A stretch of DNA of 63,436 nucleotides, the filler included, from Hyphochytrium catenoides (taxonomy: Eukaryota > Protista > Hyphochytriomycota): assembly GCA_900088475.1 (NCBI GenBank). It is 9 parts of 9 records of this genome, joined end to end, with 100 filler letters (N's around TTAATTAATTAA, not from the genome) between each part and the next. Parts side by side here need not be neighbours in the genome. Positions count along the whole stretch, not along the records: positions 12,703 to 22,271 come from FLMG01004106.1; positions 22,372 to 38,294 come from FLMG01000492.1; 7 more parts are not named here. One strand, written 5' to 3'. Positions within the stretch are counted from its first letter, which is position 1. Every line of letters starts with the position of its first letter. Position numbers and translations under genes: made by a program. This document shows, one piece after another, positions 12,703 to 25,640 of this stretch. Under the pieces are notes generated by a model. That model saw only the letters and a list, made by a program, of their open reading frames with translations. It was not told where the DNA came from and made no database searches.

Positions 12703-15404
12703 ATAGTTCTTCTTCTTCAAAAGTAGCAAAAGTAAAATGAAATGCGAGGTAAAAACAAAATAAACTAAAAGAAAAGAAGGAACAGTAGTCTACTAGTCAC
12801 TCTTTGATAAGCTAAATCCTTGCTCGTTGATAGAAGGCTTGAGAAAACGTCTTCATTTATAGATTACTCTATTATGGATTTATTGTTTTTATTGGGTTGA
12901 TGTGACCGTTTATATTTCAGACATTAGTATATTCCTTTATAGTTGAGTTGGCCCTTTATCTAAACGAGCACTAATTATAAAGGAATGACTAAGGTTAGTA
13001 GACTACTGTTTTGAAAGGAAGATATGAAAAAAATTGTACGACGAACAAGAAGAACAAGGGCGAAACCTACTACTTAGAAGGCCAGAAAGGGGAAAAAGAG
13101 GAAGGAAGCAGCCCCATCATCATCAACAGGGCGGCCACTAAGGGCGACGGTCGGGGAGAGGATGTTGGGCAGGAAGCGGGAGCTGCGGGGTCATCTTCCT
13201 CACCAATAATGCGAGAGAGAAAAATTTCTTGATCCTCCTCTGAGTATCACCAGGAGGAGGAAAAAGAGCCCGGACGGTTGTAGGTTGAGAAGAAGAAGAA
13301 AGAGGAAAAAGAAAGAAAGGAAGAAGAAGAAGAAAGCGGAGTTGTTTTTTTCATAGAACTGCAGGAGGTCTTTTATAGTTAAAAGAGTAAGTGATGAAGA
13401 AGAAGGAGAAGAAGAAGAAGAAGAAGAAGCAAGAACAGCTAAGAGGCCTTGGTCTCGTCCTCAGGAAGAATCATATTTGATCTCCTCAGTGAGAATAATA
13501 AGGGGAGAAGGAGGAGGAAGAGGAGGTGAACCACCAACCACAATGTCATCACCAACAACTCCAACCGCCGCGAGGCAAGCAAGAGAAGGGTGGTCTAGCT
13601 GCTCAAGAGGAATACGCTTCAGAATCGATGAAGCGTATCCTTCCTCATGAATCCACAGAGAGAGACTCTCGTGTGAAGGCGTAAAACCATGGCCAAACGG
13701 GACCATTGACCAAGATGCCGAGAAGCATCAAGAGCAGAGCGGTCACATTGAAGCTTCACCACGTGTCCCACACCATCGACAATGCCCGGCATAGCTCCCG
13801 CAAACGACTCCCAAACTAGCGGGAGAAATTGTAGCCCCTACAACCTTAAAAGAAACCTCATACTTCTTCAGCGTCGCCTCCACAGACAAACGATCTTGGT
13901 AGCCTGCATGGACCGCTGCATAACGAAGGGCTCTAAATCGCAGCGAGGAGTCCGTGACAGATACATCAAAGGCCGTAGTATGCTGACATGAGGCGGAGAA
14001 GCCACGAACCAACAAAGCTCACGCTTTCAGATTTGACCTCGGAAGGGACGAGGTTCGCGAGAGACGTTGAGACCAGAGTCCCAAAAAGCATGAAAGGAGA
14101 GAATATCCTGAACACGACGCTGACGCTGACGCTGACTAGCGCCATCGCCACGGCGATACCGTGATGTTATTACGTGATGTTAGTATTAGCCAGCTTGGCT
14201 CTAGATGACCAGAAGGAGAAGTCTTCTTCATTGTCGTGCCTGCTTCTTCTCTAATAACAGAGGCGTGACCACCACGAAGAGGAAGATGCATCGGGTATAT
14301 CGGCATTTCCGCCGCTGTAGAACTACCGAGTAGAACTACCTGCGGCTACATCTCTCTCTCTCTTTCGCTCTCTCTCTTCTAATTTCTCTCTCTCTGTCTC
14401 TCTCTCTCTCCTCGTTTCCTTCTTGCTCTTTAAGGATCACTGATGCATAGCTGTCACCGCCAGCAACAATGACCGCAACCACAACCATCACTCACAAAGG
14501 GTAAAATTTTCCTAAAGAGTTATTGTTATTATATAAAAGTAAGTAGAAAGAGGGCTAATTCTAGTAAGACGCTCCTACGTCCCACAGCCTACAGAGTCTC
14601 TCTCTCTCTCTCTCTCTCTCTCTCNNNNNNNNNNNNNNNNNNNNNNNNNNNNNNNNNNNNNNNNNNNNNNNNNNNNNNNNNNNNNNNNNNNNNNNNNNNN
14701 NNNNNNNNNNNNNNNNNNNNNNNNNNNNNNNNNNNNNNNNNNNNNNNNNNNNNNNNNNNNCTCTCTCTCTCTCTCTCTCTTCTTTTTCTTATCTGGACAG
14801 GCCAGTTGTTAAGACAGAGTCATCGAACTATATATATTCTTATAGTACGCACTTTTTATCAACAGAAAGTGGACCATCACGACTACTTTGGGTGAGGCGC
14901 GCGTCATGACCATTTTGTAAAACGGTAGGTGCCGTTTACTCCTTATTCCCTGACAAAGCGAAAAAGACAGAGGAAGGTGCTGCATCATCTTCTTCGCTGT
15001 TATTCTGCCTACCCCTTTTTTCTCCCTGTCTTCTTTTCTCTTTCTCTCTTCTCTGTCTATCTCATCCTCGCTCTCATTCTCTCTTCCGCTCTTCTTTCAC
15101 TTCGTGTGTTTCTCTGTCACTCTCCAATTGTCTCTTCTCTCTCTAAAGTCTTGCCCCTTTCGAGTGTGTTATCTCTTTCTTCCTCTATTCCTTTTCCCCT
15201 CTGTCTTTCTCTCTCTGTCTTTCTCTTTTTCCTTTTCTCATTCTCATTCTCTTTCTCATTCTCTTTCTCTTTGTCTCTCTCTCTCTCTGTCTCTCTCTGT
15301 CTCTCTCTGTCTCTCTCTCCCCCTCTCTCTCTCTCTCTCTCTGTGTCTCTCTCTCTCTCTCTCTCTCTCNNNNNNNNNNNNNNNNNNNNNNNNNNNNNNN
15401 NNNN

Positions 15405-15435
<31 letters not shown>

Positions 15436-16074
15436 CCCCCTTCTGTGCATTTGTCAACTGTCCTTCTCTCTCTCATCCTCGCTCAATTGTTTCTTCGTTT
15501 TAGGGTAGAGTTCATCTACAAAAGTTATCCCTTTCATGATATGTCGAGTCTGTTCTCTTCTCCTTTCTGCTGCGTTCCTCTCGGCTTTCTGTTCTTAGCT
15601 ATCGATATCTTCCTCTTCTTTTTTCGTTTCTACTCATGGCGCCTGCTCTTCAGTCTGTTCTCTTCTTCCTTCCCTGCTCTCACTGACGCTGCCTTCGAAT
15701 CTCTATGATCCTCCAGAAAGTCTTCTCTTTCTCCCTTTCTTTTCTCTCTCTTTCTCTCTCTCTTTCTCTCTCTCTTTCTCTCACTCTCTTCTTTTTTTTT
15801 TCAGTTCTCATTGTCTCCCATTGCCGATCATCTCCTACCTATGAGTGGCTCCTCCTCCTTTGCCACTTTCGTCTCTTCGTTCTTGGACTCTCTTCTCACT
15901 TCTTCCTTTTCTGGCCACCTCTCAATCCAACCGCCGCAAGAGTAGAAGATAAGGGAAATAGGAAAGGAACAAAGAGAGGGAAAGAGAGAGAGAGAGCACG
16001 ATAGACTGTCTTATCTGCTAGGAAAGAAGAGAGCACTTAACCACCGCTGTCTTTCTGTCTTTCTGTGGCAAGAG

Positions 16075-17091
16075 ATGAAGACTGTCTCTGCCTCTCTCGT
16101 GGCTGCTGGCGCTATCCTCAGTCTTCTTCTTGGCAACAGCATCTCCGCCGTTGCCAATGAGCTCAAAGACCAGAAAACATGGGAAGAAGAAGAGACTCTT
16201 CCTCTTTCTCGACCATCTTCTTCTCTGCTGCGCGGATCTTCCGTCCCTCTCTCTTCTTCTCTCGTCTCTCGTCTCTCCCGCTCCTCCATAGAAACAACAG
16301 CATCCATACAGGCGGCCTCGCTAGGGAAGGAAGGGAGAGACTCCAGAGAAGAAGAAGAAGAGCATGCCGACGAGAGAAGAATGATAGAAGAAGAAGAAGA
16401 AGAGGAAAACGAGCAAGAGAAGAAAGAACTTCATCGCACACTTCAGGCCTTTGCTAGCGCCTCCAGTAGCGCTTTCTCCAATGGCGGCACTGCCCAGGCA
16501 TCCGCTAGCGCTCAGACCACAAGCTCCGGCGCTGGATATGCCAGTGCCGCTGCCCAAGCCCAGGCAATAAGCACAGGCAATGGAGGAGGAAGTCAAGCCA
16601 TCGCCACCGCGAATGCCAACGCTGCGGCCACAGGCTTTGGAGGCGGCACCGCGTCCGCTTCTGCCACTGCACAGGCAATCGCAGGCGCAGGAGCTGCTGG
16701 CGGGTGGTTTCCTGGTGCTCAAGGTCCTGCGTGGACCGTGCCAGCAGCTCCTCAGGCTCCTCAGTGGACAGCGCCGGCTCCCTACTGGCCACAGTTTCCT
16801 CCTTATCCGGACTGGCAGAGACCGCTTCCTCCTTTGCCGCCGGTGCCCGGACCGCAGTGGCCAGTAATATCTCCTCCTCCTTTGCCGGTGCCGCCGGCTC
16901 CTCAGGGATCAGAGCCTCCTTCTCACTGGCCTCGACCTGTTCCTTACCCTTGGTCACCATCGCCGCCGTCTCCCGACGGGCGGGTCCAGCACCCCGGCTA
17001 CTGTGGGCCACCGGAGGGACCAACGCCTTGGCTCTGTCATTACGCGCATGAGTATACCGCGGAAGGACGGACATATAAGTGCTGTCCATAG
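16075..17091 (+). CDS. Secreted low-complexity protein: signal peptide, acidic spacer, Ala/Ser/Gly repeats, Pro/Trp-rich linker, 4-Cys C-terminus
   Basis: 338-aa ORF that is not microsatellite-derived. Signal peptide MKTVSASLVAAGAILSLLLGNSISA, five AxAxAxA..GGG blocks, and a C-terminal YCGPP..LCHY..KCCP. Confidence 0.75.
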   Translation: MKTVSASLVAAGAILSLLLGNSISAVANELKDQKTWEEEETLPLSRPSSSLLRGSSVPLSSSLVSRLSRSSIETTASIQAASLGKEGRDSREEEEEHADERRMIEEEEEEENEQEKKELHRTLQAFASASSSAFSNGGTAQASASAQTTSSGAGYASAAAQAQAISTGNGGGSQAIATANANAAATGFGGGTASASATAQAIAGAGAAGGWFPGAQGPAWTVPAAPQAPQWTAPAPYWPQFPPYPDWQRPLPPLPPVPGPQWPVISPPPLPVPPAPQGSEPPSHWPRPVPYPWSPSPPSPDGRVQHPGYCGPPEGPTPWLCHYAHEYTAEGRTYKCCP

Positions 17092-17359
17092 CTTTCTTAT
17101 TCTCTCTTTAGAAAGATGGTGGCGTCAGCGCAGCCTGATGTCACGTAGAAGGGAATGAGGTGGAGATGACTGAGGTCCTCCCGTCTGTAGAGAGGAAGAG
17201 TGTTGGCAAAGAGAGAGAAAGAGAGTGTGTGTGTGAATGAGAGAGAGAGAGAGAGGAAAAGAGAGAAACCTGATTTTACGTAAAAGGGAAGAGGTGGAGG
17301 CGATTGATATTCATCCATCAGTAGAGAGGAAGATTGTTGGCAAAGAAAGAGAGAGAAGA

Positions 17360-17410
<51 letters not shown>

Positions 17411-17658
17411 GAAGAGACGGCGGAGATAGAAAGGAAAGCAGGCAATGGTGCAGTAGGAGAAAATGGGGAGTCGCGAGAGATCATGGTGAGTGATTGTACT
17501 GCTGAGCGGTGAGAAAATGGAAGAGAGAGAGAAACATGTAAGGGTAAGAGAGAAAAGGTGAAAGGAGAACAGGAAGTGGCAGCGATAAGCCCGATGAAGA
17601 CAGCGGAGACATTCACGCTCTCTGAACCACGATGGTTGTGAGAGAGAGAGAGACAGAC

Positions 17659-17690
<32 letters not shown>

Positions 17691-17794
17691 CGAGGCAGAG
17701 ACGGAGAAAGAAAGATAGGAAGAGAGAGAGAACGGGAGGATCAGAGAAAAAGAGACACACAGACAGACAAGAGCTTTGAAAGTGATCTTCTAAC

Positions 17795-18339
17795 CTGCAT
17801 GAACATCATGAGCTGCCCAAGAGAGTGGACCTTGTAGCGCGTCATCTTTCTCACAAAGTTACCGAAAGAGACCAGAAAGTTGAACGCAGCAGCCGGCATG
17901 CAGCAGCCAAGGAACAGGAGCCCCAGATCCGAGCACCGCGCACTTGCCAATCTCTCTTCTTCTTCTTGGCTCTGGCTCTCGTCTCTCTCTTCATAATGAC
18001 AGAGGGTCCCAGCTATGGAGAAGAGCACCATATACGCCACGGTGGCTATCATGCAGAAATAGTAGATCCGCTTGGCGCCTCTCTCCCATTTTTGCTCGAC
18101 CATTCTCTTGAAGAGAGACGCTGTTATCAGGTCGGACCGGTGATAGTCCACGAGTACAAGGTAGAGCTTCTGAAGAGTTCGAAGAGGGAACGCGGCGCCA
18201 ACAGCGCAGTCATACGTCCATAGGACCTGGAGGTTGGAGAGGACAGAGAGAGAAGAAAGGAAGCAAGAAGAAAAACGTAACGAACGATGAGAAAAGAAAG
18301 CGAGAGAGAGAGAGAGAGAGGACAAAGACAGAGAGAGAG

Positions 18340-18370
<31 letters not shown>

Positions 18371-18914
18371 CGGTAAGAGACAAGCCGGCAGTACCAGCTA
18401 AGAGTTAGGCGACGCTCTAGAGAATCTCTTGTTGCCTCCATTCTTTTCGCAAATCTCTCTCGCTCCTTGCTGACCAGTCTCTCTCCTCCTTTCTCTTGCG
18501 TGTCGCTCCCTTGAAACCTTGCCCCTTTCTTATTTCTCTTCTCTTTCTCAATGCTCACCTTCTTCTCTGCGTTCAGCACGTGCTCTAACGTCTCTAAGTT
18601 ACTCTTTTTTGCTGCCATCGTGATGGGCGTGTCTTTCTTATGGTTCTTAGCGTCTCTGATCAGTCTGCGAGCTGGAGCAAAGCTTCTTCTAGGACCTGAC
18701 TCTTGGCCTCTCTCTCTTGAAAAGCCTCTCTTTATCTCTTGATAGTGCTTCTCTTCCCATTCTTTGAGCACACGGTAGACTTCTCCTTTGTTGTGCCGCA
18801 CAGCCAGATGGGCCGCTGTGTTTCCGTAAGAGTCTTCAGCAAAGAGGTTGGCCCCGTGCTGAANNNNNNNNNNNNNNNNNNNNNNNNNNNNNNNNNNNNN
18901 NNNNNNNNNNNNNN

Positions 18915-18947
<33 letters not shown>

Positions 18948-19201
18948 AGAGAGAAGGGGAGAGAGAGTGGACAGAGACACAGAGAGACAGAGAGGGAAGG
19001 GAGAGGCGAAGCCATGAGGGAAGCTATTGGAGACATATTATCGAATGCAAACACCGAAAGAGAGATGAGGATCCAATGAAGTTTAGAGAGGAAGGGGAGG
19101 TGAAGGAAATGGAAAAGGAAGACTGACAGAGAGACAGAAGAGAGAGAAAAGTGAGACAGAAAGAGACACACAGACAGAGAGAGAGAAAGAGAGAGAGAGA
19201 A

Positions 19202-19242
<41 letters not shown>

Positions 19243-20055
19243 AAACAAGAGAGGCAGAGAGGGAAAGAGCAAGGAGTTTCTGGCTACAAAGGGGAAACTA
19301 GGAACGAGAAGAAAAGTGAGTAAGATCCTGGTGTATAAAAGGTAAGAGAGAAGTTTCAAAGTTTCTCTTTCTCTCTCTCTTCTATCCTCTTCTCATCTCT
19401 CTCTCGTTCACGCCATGCGTGGCCTTACCTGTCCTGTGCTCACAGCAAAGCTTAGGGGATATTCTCCAAAATAGCAGGTACTTCCCTTCTGGAAGAACGT
19501 TCCTCTCGCTCTCACAGTCAAGGTTGCTCCTCTCTCCACGAGCAGCCTCACAAGAGAGAAGTTTCTCTTCACGATCGCGATGTGCAGCGCTGTCTCCCCC
19601 AAATAATTGCTGGCAGTATACTCAGCGTTAACCACCGCTCTTCCTCCTACGGAGAGAAGATACCGAGCAATCTCTAGATGCTTTGGCGTGTGATAGAGGA
19701 TGCACAGATGCAGCGCTGTCTCTCCTAGATACCCGACAACCCTAAGAATAACGAACGGATCTCTGCCAACAATCTCTCGGACAATCTGCAGATTTCCATC
19801 TCTCACGGCGCGCAAGAGAGGAATTCTCTCAATGGTAAGCTCCTGCTGCCGGAGAAGCTCCATGTCTGTCGGGAGAGAGATGATAGAAGAGATGAGGACG
19901 CCGCCTTGGGTCAGCAGAGCATCGCCTGTGCTCTTTATCGCGCCTCCCGTGTTCTTTAGAGCTTCTCCTGTCATCTTGAACGCCTCTTCTCCTTTCGTTA
20001 ACATGCCATTCAGACCCGGAAGGTCTCCGGTGGGGAGAACCTTCGTGGCTGCCAT
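17795..20055 (-). CDS. TRPV-like ankyrin-repeat channel protein, multi-exon and partial. Exons 20055-19429, 18858-18559, 18226-17795; a short exon is probably missing near the gap at 18864-18914
   Basis: Ankyrin repeats GETALHLCI, GETALHIAIV, GNTAAHLAV and DTPITMAAK. TRPV-type finger ARGTFFQKGSTCYFGEYPLSFAVSTGQ. Linker LWTY, pre-S1 VEQKW and at least two hydrophobic helices. GT/AG sites keep frame (627, 300 and 432 nt exons). Confidence 0.8.
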
Positions 20056-20699
20056 TGCTCTGTCTCTTCTCTCTCTCTTTCTCTCTTTCTCGGTCTCTCT
20101 CTCTTGCTATTAACGTAGATAGTGTGTCTATCTTGCTTGTCTCTCAGCGAAGAACCGTCAGGATGAACGCCGTACGCAAGTACGGAAGGAGAGGGAGAAG
20201 TAGAGAGAGAGAGAAAGGGAGAAAAGAAGGAAAGTCAGTGAGAGAATCTCTCCGGACTCGCTTGGAACTTGCTTCCTCGTGTCAATGTCCCCGCTGCACG
20301 CTGCGCTCCTCCTCGTGTGCTAAAAGTGAAGTCTTCTCTTCCAACACAGAGAAGCTTTGCAAAGAGTGAACATACTTTCCTCTTCCTCTCTCTCGTTTTT
20401 TCTCTCTCTCTCTCTCCTCAAGGTGGCTGAAGATTGAGAATTCACCTTTCAAGAAAACTTTTCTGGACATCCATGGTTTGCCCCTCTCGCTCTCTTTCCA
20501 GTCTGAGGTAAGCCACCCGTAGATTTTTCTCTCTCTCTCTCTCTCCCTTTCAATCTCTTTCTCTCTCCTTCGCGCTGTCGTAGTCTTCTCTCTTTTCATG
20601 CCATTGCCGGCCTAGCCTGGTCTTAGGCGAAAAGAAGTTGAGAGGACGCCATCGGAATGTCTCAAGACTCAAAAGCGGTACGCGAGGGAAGGGGAGAAT

Positions 20700-20744
<45 letters not shown>

Positions 20745-21146
20745 CGAGGGAGAGAGGAGACAGCATAAAAGATGAGACTAAGTTGAAAGACAAAGGAGGA
20801 GGACGAGGAAAGAGGAGGAGAGAATGGACCCGTCCCGGACAAAGGCGGGAATGACAGGAAGGACGAAAGAGGAGATTGGAAGAGAGGCTTCTTGAAGAGT
20901 AAGGCAGGAGAGAGAGAGAAGAGAGACACAAAGAGAGAGAGACAGACAGACAGACAGAGAGAGTCTTATGGATGCAGCAGTCGCCATTGCGGGAGGAGAG
21001 TCGACTCAGAAGAACTGAGTGCGAGTGAAAAGAGCGGAGGAGGAGGTAAGCGCAACTGTAACCGCCAGCCTGCGGGTTCTTCCTTCACTGGCTTCCTTGC
21101 CTTCTTTGCAGAAGGGCTTTTTTACTTGGACACTGGCTACTCGCTT

Positions 21147-21206
<60 letters not shown>

Positions 21207-21357
21207 TTCTCCCTCTCTCTTTCTCTCCTCTCTCTCTCTTTCTCCCTCTCCGCTCTCTCTCTCTGTCTCTCCCTCTCCGCTGTCTCTCTCTCTGTCTCTC
21301 TCTCTTTCTCTCTTTCTCTCTTTCTCTCTTTCTCTCTCTCTCTCTGTCTTTCTCTCC

Positions 21358-21388
<31 letters not shown>

Positions 21389-21479
21389 CATAAAAAGCTC
21401 TACATCCAGGATCATAACGGACCGCTATCTAGCCGCTAACTGACAGTCCCACTGACTGACTCCGCAATGCGTAGCAGGT

Positions 21480-22270
21480 AAACGCATACAAATCCCCTGA
21501 ATCCCTTTACTATGAAAGGGGCGGATACCGGACTTTTCTTCCCAGGGTGGCATGATTCTCCATAAATAAAAGGTGATTCCGGATCCGGCTATGAGGTGGT
21601 TATGTTTGGAATTTTAGTGATGCCCAATAATCTCCATTCTCAAATCTCCGTCATCGGCCTCCAGAATCTTCAGTCAGAGCTTCAGACGAAGATCTGAGTA
21701 TTGTCAGTGGGGATCTAGCTTGGTTATTGGGGATCTATACTCTTCGCTAGAAGTGAAAGGCCAGGATGGTGTTTCAGGGTCAGGACAAGTGGAGAACACA
21801 TCCACTCATCTCAAGGCAAGCCAGCAGGCCCCTTACAGGCTTTGGAATCGCGTCTGGTATCTTCAGCTTATATTTGATTAGAAACTACTTTCAAGGTGAG
21901 TGATTGAAGGGGGCCGAAACTGGTAGGGCAACATTGACATAACCTCTCTTGGCTTGGGTAGCTCCTACAGGTCATCACCATGAACACAAGGCAACAGTAA
22001 CCTTTACCAGAGGAGACATTGATGACATCCCTGAGCCTGTGGCTGCTGAAGACAAGTACGTGCTTGTCTTCTATGTCGTCTACCTTGGACCTCTTCCCTA
22101 TCCCTCACTTCATCACTCTATCGTCTTCTACTCTCCTCAAGGGTACTCAGATCTGCTGTTCCAAGGTGTCATAACCATTCATGTCTGACTTCTTTGGTTC
22201 TCTCATGTCTGCGCTGACTACTGACTACTTTTGTTAGTACCCTGACGGACCAGTAGAAGGGCTCACATAC
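21480..22270 (-). mobile_element. Possible decayed Gypsy 3' end (integrase tail and PPT)
   Basis: Microsatellite-free block. Minus-strand fragments IKYKLKIPD and EIIGHH..W resemble GPY/F and chromodomain pieces, and a purine tract is followed by TG near 21490. Confidence 0.25.
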
Positions 22271-22905
22271 TNNNNNNNNNNNNNNNNNNNNNNNNNNNNN
22301 NNNNNNNNNNNNNNNTTAATTAATTAANNNNNNNNNNNNNNNNNNNNNNNNNNNNNNNNNNNNNNNNNNNNAAGTGAAAAGTTTGACCGACTTTTCACCG
22401 TATAAATTCCCTCTAATTATAAACATCATGAACAACAAATTCGGCTGGAAGGAAGAGGAAGACTATCTCGTCCCCAAATCTCTCCCGTGCAGCACAGAAG
22501 AAAGCAAGATCCTGTCTCTTTCCTTCAACCCGCATAAAAGCCATAACATGAGGAAGAGAGGGCGACGACGACAGAGGACAAGAGAAAAGAAGAAAGAAAG
22601 AAGGATGACCACTATGTTCAGGCAAGAAGGGGACTTCCTTGTTGTCTTTTTGCTGTCGTTGCCTGCTAGCTTCTAACTTGAACAAGGAGGAGAATCACAG
22701 CTGTGCCTCCCAGTCGTTACGTCTCTTGCTGTCCTCCTCCTATGGTCTCGTCTCTCTTTTATACTCTGCCTGGTAATCTTCTCTTCTCTCTTCTTCTCTT
22801 TTGCTTCTTTCCTCTGCTCTCCTCCTCTCGCCTTCCTCCCTTTACTCTCTCTCCCCTGTTGGTAGCCTTTTCTTTCCCGTGAAAGTCACTTCTCATATCG
22901 CACTA

Positions 22906-22949
<44 letters not shown>

Positions 22950-23502
22950 CGAGAACGTCTCCTCCTCCTCTTCTCCTCTCTTCCACAACTGTTGTACTCT
23001 CCATCCCCTTACCATCTTTTGTCTTCGATTCTTCCTCGCTCTCTTTCTTGCTGTCGTCTCTCCCCTACGACACTGTTAAGAAATGTCTCTGGCTTTACAC
23101 ATCATCAACCTCCTCTCTCTTCTCTTCTCTCTCGACGACGACCAGGCGCGAGGCCCTTCGACGGTTATCTTAACCTCAAAAACAGGTCTGAGAGCGTGTG
23201 TCTTGTTCCTTCTTCCTGTCCCTTTAGTCTCCTCTCTTTCTCTATTACTCTCTTTCCAGTCCTTTTCTTTTTTTTAGTTAATAAACAGCAATGCGAATGG
23301 TCGCTCTGTCTCACAGCCACGTCATCCCTCGTTAGCCTGTTTTTTTCCTTTCCTCTCTCTTCTTATTATAGAATTATACTCTCTCTCTCTCCGTGTCCCA
23401 CAACACCTCTTCTCATTCATGTTTTGGACCTTCCTATAGAACTCCTCCCTTCTCTCTCTTTCTCTTTCTCTCTCCTTCTTTCTCTTTCTCTCTCTCACTC
23501 TC

Positions 23503-23537
<35 letters not shown>

Positions 23538-24195
23538 TTTGCTTTTCTCTCTTGTTCCCTGTTGTGCCACGTTATAATCTTTGTCTTTGTCCTCTCTCTT
23601 CTGCTCCCTCTCTCTTCTGCTCCCTCTTCTTCTGCTCTTTTCCTTCTTCCCCTACTCTTCACATAGAACGACTACGACGAACAGTTACTCAGTCCGTTTT
23701 TCTCTCTTCCTCTTCTCGCTCTTTCCTCTCAGCCTTGACACGTCCAGTCCCGCATGCGGATTCCAGATCATACATCTGTGCCATCACGGTAATGTATGGC
23801 ACATGTGTGGCATATGACGAATCAGAACGGTGACATTCTGAATATGTTGTCCCGGCTTGTAGATGTAAGCCACGGAGCGCCATCAGCCGTCAGAAGAGTA
23901 AAACAGTACTGACAGGAGAACGAAGGGTTGCGCAAGCGGGTGAGTGAAGCGGCAGTTGGCTCCAGTCGGCGGTTTCTCCTTCCTCTGCCTCTCTTTCTCT
24001 CTCTTTCTCTCTCTCTCTGTCTCTCTGTCAGTCTCTCTCTCGCTCGCTTGCTCTCTCTCGTTCTCTGGTTCTCCTCCCTCTCTTGCTCTCTCCGCCCCTC
24101 TCTCTTCTCCGCTCTCCCTCCTCTTCCCTTTTTATCTCTCTTCTTCTCTCCCTCCCTTACTCTCCCTCGCTCCCTTACTCTCTCTCTCTCGCTTC

Positions 24196-24226
<31 letters not shown>

Positions 24227-25342
24227 GCTTCTGTGACTCGCCCTCTCTCTATTCTTGTCTTTGCCTATCTCTCACATTCCATTCTACCAGAGAGTATAGA
24301 ATCTCCTTACTACATTTCTCATCTCTTTCCTGCCTGACTACCCATCTCCTCGTTAGCTCGTTCTCTTAATCACTCTCTTCTTTCCTTCGCATCCTTGCAT
24401 GTCTCTTTCTCTCACTGGTGCCATTCTTCGTCAATCCAAGCACGTGTCTCTCTTAAGAGACAGGGACGGAAGCAGTTTCAATCTAGTACTGGCGGTAATC
24501 CAACGAAGTCTTACGACAGAGGCAAGTGCTGGGTCCGAACCGTTAAACACCTGAGAAGAGATAAAAGAGGGATGATAAGAGCAGGAGGTACGTCAGGAAG
24601 TCTTCTCCAGGTGCAACGAGCAACTGCAAGATAGGAATGATAGAGGAGGATGAAGAAAGAGAGAGAGACACGAGAGAGAAAAAAGCGATGAGGAACAAAA
24701 GAGAGAGACGAGGAAGGAGCGGAGGCCGCTTCACGTAGTAACAGGGACAAGAGTGGGAAGAACAGCAAGCAGCAGGCTGCTGGTGAGCAGAACGGACAGA
24801 GCATAAAGAGACGGAGCAAAAGAGCACCTATTATTGCTCATCATACATGGGACACGCGACAGGTAACTTCCGCATTAGATAATAAGGAAAGAGACAGTTA
24901 CCGGTGATCCCTGGCTCCTTCTGCGTGCGTGCAGATCTCCTTCTTCTTTTTAGCGGCTCTTCTCCCTCAACAATCAACGTTTATCCCTTCTTGAAGGACA
25001 ATATCACTGATGGCTGATGAACTCACTATCGATGATGGCGACCAGTCCGTTCGCACGTTTTCTCTCCCTCTCTCCTCTCTCTCTCTCTCTCTTTCTCTCT
25101 CTTGCTTTTCTCTCTGCCTTTTCCACGTCATCAGCCCTTGCTTGCCCGTGAGCCCTTTCTCCGTCTGCACTTCTTCTTATCACGATGGTTGGTTCAAAAG
25201 GCGGGACAGTCCTGGAGCCCACTATCGTTTCAACCGCCGCAGCTGTTACTTTCAGTTCCTCGTATCCCGCTCAGCCTCTAATAATCTTCTTTGTACTTGT
25301 ACAGCTCTTCACCGGGCACCAGCCGACCATTGGTCTATTCCC

Positions 25343-25401
<59 letters not shown>

Positions 25402-25640
25402 CTTCTTCCCTTCTCCACTCTTCTCCCTCGCTCTCACCACTCTCTCTCTGTCGCTCTCTCTTCTTCTCTTTTTGTCTTCCCTAGGTTTCAATGTGTTTGT
25501 GGCGCTTCCTGCATTTGAGAAGAAATATAATAGTCCTCGCTGGCATGGACCTATCTCTATCCTTCTCTGCGCGTGCCATCATCTCCTTCTTACATTTCTA
25601 GACGAGAGCCACCGCACAGGGGAGGAGAGCTTGGAAATTC

